From the NCBI GenBank assembly GCA_964419615.1, contig CAYQPU010000027.1, positions 1-23,675 on the forward strand: 23,675 nt of DNA, written 5' to 3'. The notes beneath the pieces were generated by a model, which had not been told where the DNA came from, ran no database searches, and was given only the letters and a program-made list of their open reading frames with translations. A program made the position numbers and the translations under genes. The DNA is from an uncultured Methanosarcinales archaeon. GTDB taxonomy: Archaea > Nanobdellota > Nanobdellia > Woesearchaeales > JAGVZT01. Positions 7,710 to 14,365 of this stretch are shown here, in pieces; the first letter of the stretch is position 1; every line of letters begins with the position of its first letter.

Positions 7710-8044
7710 TAAATCAAAAAGCGCTTTTGCTTATTTTTGTTTTATTAATTGCGGGATGTTCTCAAAGTTCTAATAATCTAGATAACTTTGCAGTGTGCAT
7801 TTCTGAAAATGATGCAGTTATGTATGGTACAGAAGGGTGTAGTTATTGTCAAAGTCAAAAAGCAGAGTTTAGTAGTTCAGTTAAGTATGTTAACTATATT
7901 GATTGTGATAAACAAAAGGATGTATGTTTAAGGAATAATATAAAACGGTACCCTACTTGGATAATTAATGGTGAATACTACACTGGTTATCAACCTTTGG
8001 ACAAACTTGCATCACTAACAGGATGTGATTTGTATGAGGAATAA
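7706..8044 (+). CDS. Thioredoxin/glutaredoxin-fold protein (VKOR-associated Trx-like) with lipoprotein-type signal
   Basis: MYGTEGCSYCQSQK (CxxC), YIDC, RYPTWIING cis-Pro motif, terminal LASLTGC. Signal ends LIAG-C. ATGA overlap with the upstream gene. Confidence 0.82.
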   Translation: MINQKALLLIFVLLIAGCSQSSNNLDNFAVCISENDAVMYGTEGCSYCQSQKAEFSSSVKYVNYIDCDKQKDVCLRNNIKRYPTWIINGEYYTGYQPLDKLASLTGCDLYEE

Positions 8045-8414
8045 GAAACAAATTAGTTTGTTAATTTTAGGTATGATGATTGGCATAGTGATTACTATTA
8101 TTATGGTTAGTAATTATTCCAAAGTACAATCTTTTGAACAACAAAGAAAATCTATTCTAGAAAAAAGAGATGAATTGATTGCACAAAAAGTCAAAGACGG
8201 AGAATATAAGTGCTGCATTGAACCTGCTTGTACAATGTGCTTTATGGGGAATTGGCTTTGGGATGATGGAATATGTAGGTGTGATGATATGATTGCTGCT
8301 GGAGAATTTGATAAAGTTTGTCCTCAATGTCAAAGAGGTATTGAAGAAGGACAGTGCAAGTCCACAGATCAGAGTTTTTGTGAGATTGATTTAAATGGAA
8401 ATAAGGTAGATTAG
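8034..8414 (+). CDS. Membrane-anchored cysteine-rich hypothetical protein (10 Cys)
   Basis: N-terminal TM ([19 protein letters not shown]), a short coiled region, then [10 protein letters not shown]...CRC...CPQC...C...C. Start ATG 8034 overlaps the upstream gene by 11 bp; stop is 1 bp before copA. Confidence 0.72.
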   Translation: MRNKKQISLLILGMMIGIVITIIMVSNYSKVQSFEQQRKSILEKRDELIAQKVKDGEYKCCIEPACTMCFMGNWLWDDGICRCDDMIAAGEFDKVCPQCQRGIEEGQCKSTDQSFCEIDLNGNKVD

Positions 8415-8415
8415 A

Positions 8416-10599
8416 ATGAAAAAAACAAATTTAGATATTTCAGGTATGCATTGTGCTAGTTGTTCAACTTTGATTAATAAGGCATTAACTAAAGTTGAAG
8501 GTGTAAAAAAGGCTAATGTTAACCTAACAACAAACATAGCAACTGTTGAGTTTGATGAACTTCAAACTAATGAAGGAGATCTAATTAAAGTTGTACAAAA
8601 TAAAGGATTTGGGGCAAAGGTTTCTGATAATAACGGTTTTGATAGTGAGTTAGTAAAACAAAAAAAGGAACTGGGGAAAATTAGAAAACAGTTTTACATT
8701 AGTTTTGCTTTTGCATTACCTGTTTTTATTCTTGGAATGTTTTTTATGAAAGATCCTATACCCTATCAAGATTTAATTATGTGGCTATTTGCAACTCCTG
8801 TTCAGTTTATTGTTGCATTTCCAATGTACAAAAGTGCTTTTCTTGCTTTAAAAGCCAAGAGTGCTAATATGGATACACTTATTGTGATGGGTACTTCTGC
8901 TGCATATTTTTTTAGTATATTTGTTATGATAAGTGGGCATGGGCATGTTTATTTTGAAGCAAGTGCTGTTTTAATTACAATTGTTGTGTTTGGAAGATTA
9001 CTTGAAGCAAAAGCAAGAAGCAAGACTAGTGAGGCTATAAAGAAATTGATTGGATTAAAACCAAAAAAAGCTATTATTATTAGAGACAATCAGGAAATAG
9101 AGATAGATATTGATAGTGTAGTTGCTGGAGATCTTGTTATAGTAAAGCCAGGTGAAAAGATTCCAGTTGATGGAGTTATTGTTGAAGGATATTCCTCCAT
9201 TGATGAGAGTATGATTACTGGTGAGAGTATCCCTGTTGAAAAAAAAGTGGGAGATAATGTTGTGGGAGCAACCATTAATAAATATGGAAGTTTTACTTTT
9301 AAAGCAAATAAGGTTGGTGCTAATACTACTCTTTCCCAGATAATAAAACTTATTGAGGATGCTCAAGGAAGCAAAGCACCTATTCAAAGATTTGCAGATT
9401 CTGTTGCAGGTTATTTTGTACCTGCTGTTTTAATTATTGCTTTGCTAACTTTTGTGGCTTGGTTTTTCTTGTTTGGAGCAGAGTTTAGTTTTGCATTAGT
9501 TGCTAGTGTTGCTGTTTTAGTTATTGCTTGTCCTTGCGCACTCGGGCTTGCTACACCAACTGCAATAATGGTTGGGACTGGAAAGGGGGCAAAAAAAGGT
9601 ATTTTGATTAAAGGAGGAGAAGCATTAGAGACTGCACATAAGGTTAATGCTGTGGTTCTTGACAAGACTGGAACAATCACAAAAGGAAAACCAGAGGTAA
9701 CAGATATTATTTCAATTGGAAATAAGAGCAAGAGAGATCTGTTAATGATTGGGGCTAGTATTGAAAAAGGTAGTGAACATCCATTAGCTGAAGCAATTGT
9801 TAAAAAAGCTGAACAAGATAAGATTGAGTTGAACAAAATCTCAGATTTTAATGCAATTCCAGGTCATGGGATAACTGCAAAATTAAATGGAAAAAAGTAT
9901 TATTTTGGTAATCAAAAATTAATGTCTGAAAACAAGATTAATTTGGATGAACAAAGAGCTTTAATCAATAGTCTTGAGAATCAAGGAAAAACAGTTATGA
10001 TGTTAGGCTCTGATGGAAAGTTAGTTGGGATTGTTGCTGTTGCAGATAAAATAAAAGACAGTTCAGCGCACGCTGTTAAAGCTTTACAAGATATGAAGAT
10101 TTTTGTTTACATGATTACTGGTGATAATGAGAGAACTGCAAAGGCTATTGCTAAGCAAGCAGGAATTAATCATGTTTTTGCACAAGTCCTTCCTGAAGAA
10201 AAGGCAAATTATGTTAAGAAACTTCAGGATAGGCAGTGGAAGATTGCCATGGTTGGGGATGGTATAAATGATGCTCCTGCTTTGGCACAAGCAGATGTTG
10301 GAATTGCTATGGGTTCTGGAACAGATGTTGCAATGGAAACTGGTGAAGTTGTTTTGATGAGAGATGATTTAATGGATGTTGTTAGAGCTATTAAATTAAG
10401 TAAGATGACAATGAGTAAGATTAGACAAAATATGTTCTGGGCTTTGTTTTATAACACACTTGGTATTCCAATTGCTGCTGGATTACTTTATCCAATTACA
10501 GGTTGGCTTTTAAGTCCAATGATTGCAGGTGCTGCTATGGCAATGAGTTCGGTGAGTGTGGTTAGCAATTCTTTGCTACTTAGGTTAAAGAAAATCTAA
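8416..10599 (+). CDS. copA: Cu(I)-translocating P1B-1 type ATPase
   Basis: N-terminal [29 protein letters not shown] phosphorylation site, [15 protein letters not shown], and the TM7 YN / TM8 MAMSS signature of Cu(I)/Ag(I) exporters. Confidence 0.95.
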   Translation: MKKTNLDISGMHCASCSTLINKALTKVEGVKKANVNLTTNIATVEFDELQTNEGDLIKVVQNKGFGAKVSDNNGFDSELVKQKKELGKIRKQFYISFAFALPVFILGMFFMKDPIPYQDLIMWLFATPVQFIVAFPMYKSAFLALKAKSANMDTLIVMGTSAAYFFSIFVMISGHGHVYFEASAVLITIVVFGRLLEAKARSKTSEAIKKLIGLKPKKAIIIRDNQEIEIDIDSVVAGDLVIVKPGEKIPVDGVIVEGYSSIDESMITGESIPVEKKVGDNVVGATINKYGSFTFKANKVGANTTLSQIIKLIEDAQGSKAPIQRFADSVAGYFVPAVLIIALLTFVAWFFLFGAEFSFALVASVAVLVIACPCALGLATPTAIMVGTGKGAKKGILIKGGEALETAHKVNAVVLDKTGTITKGKPEVTDIISIGNKSKRDLLMIGASIEKGSEHPLAEAIVKKAEQDKIELNKISDFNAIPGHGITAKLNGKKYYFGNQKLMSENKINLDEQRALINSLENQGKTVMMLGSDGKLVGIVAVADKIKDSSAHAVKALQDMKIFVYMITGDNERTAKAIAKQAGINHVFAQVLPEEKANYVKKLQDRQWKIAMVGDGINDAPALAQADVGIAMGSGTDVAMETGEVVLMRDDLMDVVRAIKLSKMTMSKIRQNMFWALFYNTLGIPIAAGLLYPITGWLLSPMIAGAAMAMSSVSVVSNSLLLRLKKI

Positions 10600-10612
10600 A
10601 TTAAACCTAAAA

Positions 10613-10620
10613 TTTAAATA
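10613..10620 (+). promoter_or_regulatory. TATA box of permease gene
   Basis: TTTAAATA preceded by a purine-rich BRE-like stretch, 24 nt upstream of ATG 10645. Confidence 0.55.
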
Positions 10621-10644
10621 GATTGGTTATACATATATGACACT

Positions 10645-11685
10645 ATGAAAGAATGTGTATCAGATAGTTGTCCAAGTTGTGAGATCAAAGGAGGACATAC
10701 TCCTTGGTATAAGGAAAGATTGTATGTTGTTAGTTTGATTACTATTACCTTGGTTATTATTAGTTATTTAGTTCCAGCTTTATCTGAGTTGTATACTGCC
10801 TTTGTTGATTATTTCAAAGTGTTGTGGTGGGCAGTTTTATTGGGGCTTGGAATTGGAGGTATTATTGATCACTATGTTCCAAGAGAGTGGATTTCAAAGT
10901 TTTTATCCACACACAAAAAAAGAGGAATATTATACGCTGTTGGTTTTGGATTTATGATGAGTGCATGTTCTCATGGAATTTTAGCTATTGCAATGCAGCT
11001 GTATAAAAAAGGAGCTTCTATTCCTGCTGTTATTGCATTTTTATTAGCTTCACCTTGGGCAAATTTACCTATAACTATTCTATTTTTCAGTTTTTTTGGG
11101 TATAAGGCATTTTTATTGATTGGAGCTGCAATTGTGATTGCAATTACAACTGGCTTAATGTTTATTGTGTTGGACAAAAAAGGATTGATTGAGAAGAATC
11201 CTAACACAGTTAAAGTTGGAAAGGAATTTTCAATTAAAAAAGATTTTAAGAAAAGGTATAAAGGATATAGGTTTACTAAAAAAGATTTTTATGGAATTTT
11301 AAAAGGATCTTGGGCTCTTGCTAAGATGATTGCATGGTGGATCTTGATTGGAATGATTATTGCAAGTGTTGCCCGTGTTTATGTTCCTCATCATTTTTTT
11401 ATGAAATTCATGGGTCCAACAATCCTAGGGTTGTTTATTACCTTGGTATTTGCAACTATTATTGAGGTTTGTTCAGAAGGTAGTGCAATTTTAGCTTTTG
11501 AGTTGTTTAAGCAAACTGGTGCTTTTGGGAATAGTTTTGCTTTCTTACTTGCTGGAGTAGCAACAGATTATACAGAGATAGGATTGATCTGGAGCACTAT
11601 TGGAAGGAAAACTGCGATGTGGGTACCATTAATAACAGTACCTCAGATATTGACTTTGGCATATTTGTTTAATGTATTTCTTTAA
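10645..11685 (+). CDS. DUF318/ArsP-family permease (COG0701), probable heavy-metal transporter
   Basis: Multi-TM protein with paired motifs MSACSHGILAIAMQLYKKGASIPAVIAFLLASP and IEVCSEGSAILA...FLLAGVATD characteristic of this family; N-terminal CxxxxCxxC extension. Confidence 0.82.
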   Translation: MKECVSDSCPSCEIKGGHTPWYKERLYVVSLITITLVIISYLVPALSELYTAFVDYFKVLWWAVLLGLGIGGIIDHYVPREWISKFLSTHKKRGILYAVGFGFMMSACSHGILAIAMQLYKKGASIPAVIAFLLASPWANLPITILFFSFFGYKAFLLIGAAIVIAITTGLMFIVLDKKGLIEKNPNTVKVGKEFSIKKDFKKRYKGYRFTKKDFYGILKGSWALAKMIAWWILIGMIIASVARVYVPHHFFMKFMGPTILGLFITLVFATIIEVCSEGSAILAFELFKQTGAFGNSFAFLLAGVATDYTEIGLIWSTIGRKTAMWVPLITVPQILTLAYLFNVFL

Positions 11686-11738
11686 GATAGTATTTATTCC
11701 GAAATATTAATAAAATAGCTTACTCTTTATTTGGTAAT

Positions 11739-12092
11739 ATGAAAAAGAAACATCTTTTGATACTTACAGGTTTGTTTGGAGTAATTGCTTTATTTCTGCT
11801 GTTTTCAAGACCAACTATTACTGGTGGTGCTGTTGGAGGATTTTGGGGTCCAACATATTGCTGGTCAGGTGAGGATTGCTCTGATCTTGAGGTTTGCTGT
11901 TATGTGAATGGTAGAGCCACTTGCACAGGTAGTTGTGATGAAGGAAGGATTTTGGAATCAAATTGGTTTGATGATGAGCAAGCACCATCTTCTGTTTCCA
12001 AAGAACAGAATCTTACTACAGTTGCTTATTCTGAAAGAGAGCTAGAAGTTGATGAAGGTTCAAGGAACTTTGAAGTTGATGTTGTTGAGTGA
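11739..12092 (+). CDS. Small membrane-anchored Cys-rich surface protein (paralog A)
   Basis: Basic N-terminus plus TM, ITGGAV motif, Cys module C-x4-DC-x4-VCC-x7-C-x3-CD, acidic tail. Confidence 0.65.
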   Translation: MKKKHLLILTGLFGVIALFLLFSRPTITGGAVGGFWGPTYCWSGEDCSDLEVCCYVNGRATCTGSCDEGRILESNWFDDEQAPSSVSKEQNLTTVAYSERELEVDEGSRNFEVDVVE

Positions 12093-12638
12093 TTATTTTT
12101 CTTTTTCTAAAACTAGGAAAGGATAACCCCTAAGATCCTCTTTTCCAACTTCTGCATTAAGTTTATTTAGCGTTTGTCTTAAGTAATCTAGACCTTCTTT
12201 TGGTAACATTTCTTTTTTTAATTCAAGTTCAATAAAGTGTCCAAGTTTTTTAACAAAATCAATTGCTATCTCAACATCATCAAGCATCCAAGCACTTCTT
12301 GCTTTATGTACAACAATTATTTGTTTAAAGTCTAAGCTTAGTAGAATTTGCTTAAGTGCAGCAGGATCAGCGATTTCTGTTTCAAATTCATCACAGTATT
12401 CATTTTTTTCAGCATTCTCAGGATAATAATGCTTATATGTAACACTTGATTTTTTTGATTCTCTTAATCTAAACCATTCATATGGATATTTTACTTCTAG
12501 AAAATTTCTGTGTTTTGGAATATAATAAGTATCTTTTTGAATGTGGTTCTTGTAAACTAATTTAGCAACACTATCTAAGAATTTCTCAACCGTTTCTGGA
12601 TTTTCTAAAGGTAATTTAATTTCGATCTCTTTTGACAT
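12093..12638 (-). CDS. cyaB: CYTH-domain protein (class IV adenylate cyclase / triphosphate tunnel metalloenzyme family)
   Basis: N-terminal EIEIK (ExExK), QKDTYY, FRLRE, TYK, EFET, HKAR, FIELE and C-terminal GYP. The actual substrate cannot be determined from sequence. Confidence 0.88.
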   Translation of the reverse strand: MSKEIEIKLPLENPETVEKFLDSVAKLVYKNHIQKDTYYIPKHRNFLEVKYPYEWFRLRESKKSSVTYKHYYPENAEKNEYCDEFETEIADPAALKQILLSLDFKQIIVVHKARSAWMLDDVEIAIDFVKKLGHFIELELKKEMLPKEGLDYLRQTLNKLNAEVGKEDLRGYPFLVLEKEK

Positions 12639-12660
12639 GATATAATAAGATTAAGCTGTG

Positions 12661-12692
12661 CTTAAATTGTTTTCTATAGAAAAATTTTTAAG
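12661..12692. promoter_or_regulatory. Symmetric bidirectional promoter (32 bp palindrome, TATA-like arm on each strand)
   Basis: CTTAAA-TTG-TTTTCTATAGAAAA-ATT-TTTAAG has 13 of 16 positions paired and a perfect 14 bp core (12670-12683). Each arm ends 22 nt before a start codon (12638 on minus, 12715 on plus). Confidence 0.55.
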
Positions 12693-12714
12693 TATCTTGT
12701 TCTAAATAGTGGTT

Positions 12715-13146
12715 ATGCACACAAAAGAGGCATTTTTTATATCTTTATTTGTTATAGCTTTGTCTTTAACACTTTATTTTCTGGGAGGTTCTGTAACTGG
12801 ACTTGTTGTTCAGACTATGTATTGCGAAGGAGATTGTCAAGAGTTTTGTAAGTTTAATACTGATTGTGCACCAAACCAAGTTTGTTGTGACAAATCTGGT
12901 TTTGGAGTTTGTATGGCTAGTTCAGATTGTGACAAACAATATGAGTATGTGATTGATATACCTGATTTTGAAAGTGTTAAAACTCCTAACTTAGAAAAAC
13001 CTGCTGCCACTCCAAATGTGCCTTTGTTTACTTTTCTCTCTTTAGTTTTGATTGCTATTGGTATTATTTATTATGTTTCAAAACACAAGCATTTAGATTC
13101 TAAAATAAAAAAGAAAAGATCAAAGAAAAAGAAATCAAAAAAGTAA
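12715..13146 (+). CDS. Small two-TM Cys-rich surface protein (paralog B)
   Basis: TM, VTGLVV motif, Cys module C-x4-DC-x4-VCC-x7-C-x5-CD, second TM and Lys-rich tail. Start moved to ATG 12715. Confidence 0.68.
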   Translation: MHTKEAFFISLFVIALSLTLYFLGGSVTGLVVQTMYCEGDCQEFCKFNTDCAPNQVCCDKSGFGVCMASSDCDKQYEYVIDIPDFESVKTPNLEKPAATPNVPLFTFLSLVLIAIGIIYYVSKHKHLDSKIKKKRSKKKKSKK

Positions 13147-13194
13147 TAATTACAAACACTAGATTTAAAAACCAATTCTTGCTTGCCTTTCTAA

Positions 13195-14361
13195 ATGCAG
13201 TACACAAGACACAAAATTATCATATTTCTTATCCTAGTCACAGAGGTATTAGGCTTTTCTTTGATCTTACCATACTTACCATTTTTTGCACAAGACCTTG
13301 GTGCAACTCCTTTTATGGTTGGAGTGATTTTGACTGTTTTTTCAATTTGTCAGTTTGTATCAGCTCCAATTATGGGCAGGCTAAGTGATCATTTTGGAAG
13401 AAGGCCTATGCTTATTGTTTCCCAGTCTTCAACTTTTATTAGTTTTATTGTGCTTGCTTTTTCAGGTGCTTATTGGATGATTATATTATCTAGGATGATT
13501 GATGGTTTGGTTGGTAGCAATTTTACTATAGCTCAAGCATATCTATCTGACATCTCATCTAAAAAAGACAGAACAAAAATAATGGGTGTTAGTGGAGCTG
13601 CTTTTGGAGTTGGATTTTTGTTTGGGCCTGCTATAGGCGGATGGTTGGCAGGATATGGATATAGCTACCCTGCTCTTGCTGCAGCGGCTGTGTCTTTATT
13701 AACTATTTTCCTAACTTACTTTTTGTTACCTGAAACAATTAAGAGAAAAAAGAAGCTGAAAATTAGTATTAAATTATTTCATGTTAAAGAATTTACAAAG
13801 TACTTAACTCATCCGGTGATAAGTATTGTGCTTGCTCAGATTTTTACTTTTTTTATGGCACACACTATTTGGGTTAGTAGTTCAGCAATGTATGCTGAAA
13901 GACAGCTTGGTTTTACAGCCAGAGATATGGGTTGGTTACTTGCCTATGTTGGTGCTATTAGTCTTGTTTTGAGAGGTTTTTTACTAGGAATTATTATTGA
14001 CAAGTTCGGAGAAAAAAGACTTTTACGCGTATCTGCTACTATTATGATTATTGGACTAATTTCAGCTCCATTTTTAACAACTAAAGCTATGATGTATGGG
14101 TTTATAACATTCTTTGCTGTTGGAGCTGGTCTAACTGGTCCATTGTTGATTGGAAAGTTGTCTAGGAAGGTCTCACCAAAAAAACAAGGTGAAGTTATGG
14201 GTGTGAGTAATTCCCTAGTCAGTATTGCTAATATTGTTAGTCCTTTGATTGGTGGGTTGTTGATTAATTATTCTTTTCCAGGGAGTATTGGGATTGCGTC
14301 AGCTGTTGTTATGGGTATAGGATTTGCTTTGATAATTAAAGAAAATAAAAAAAGAAAATAA
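13195..14361 (+). CDS. MFS transporter, TetA/TCR-like (DHA1) drug:H+ antiporter family
   Basis: About 12 TM; motif A GRLSDHFGRRP and motif C GAAFGVGFLFGPAIGG. TATA-like TTTAAAAA at 13164-13171. Confidence 0.9.
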   Translation: MQYTRHKIIIFLILVTEVLGFSLILPYLPFFAQDLGATPFMVGVILTVFSICQFVSAPIMGRLSDHFGRRPMLIVSQSSTFISFIVLAFSGAYWMIILSRMIDGLVGSNFTIAQAYLSDISSKKDRTKIMGVSGAAFGVGFLFGPAIGGWLAGYGYSYPALAAAAVSLLTIFLTYFLLPETIKRKKKLKISIKLFHVKEFTKYLTHPVISIVLAQIFTFFMAHTIWVSSSAMYAERQLGFTARDMGWLLAYVGAISLVLRGFLLGIIIDKFGEKRLLRVSATIMIIGLISAPFLTTKAMMYGFITFFAVGAGLTGPLLIGKLSRKVSPKKQGEVMGVSNSLVSIANIVSPLIGGLLINYSFPGSIGIASAVVMGIGFALIIKENKKRK

Positions 14362-14365
14362 AAAA

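Noticed and set aside
9055-11207. Minus-strand ORFs inside copA and the permease (9055-9387, 9090-9275, 9411-9836, 10084-10290, 10971-11207)
   Set aside because: Antisense shadows of strongly conserved genes.
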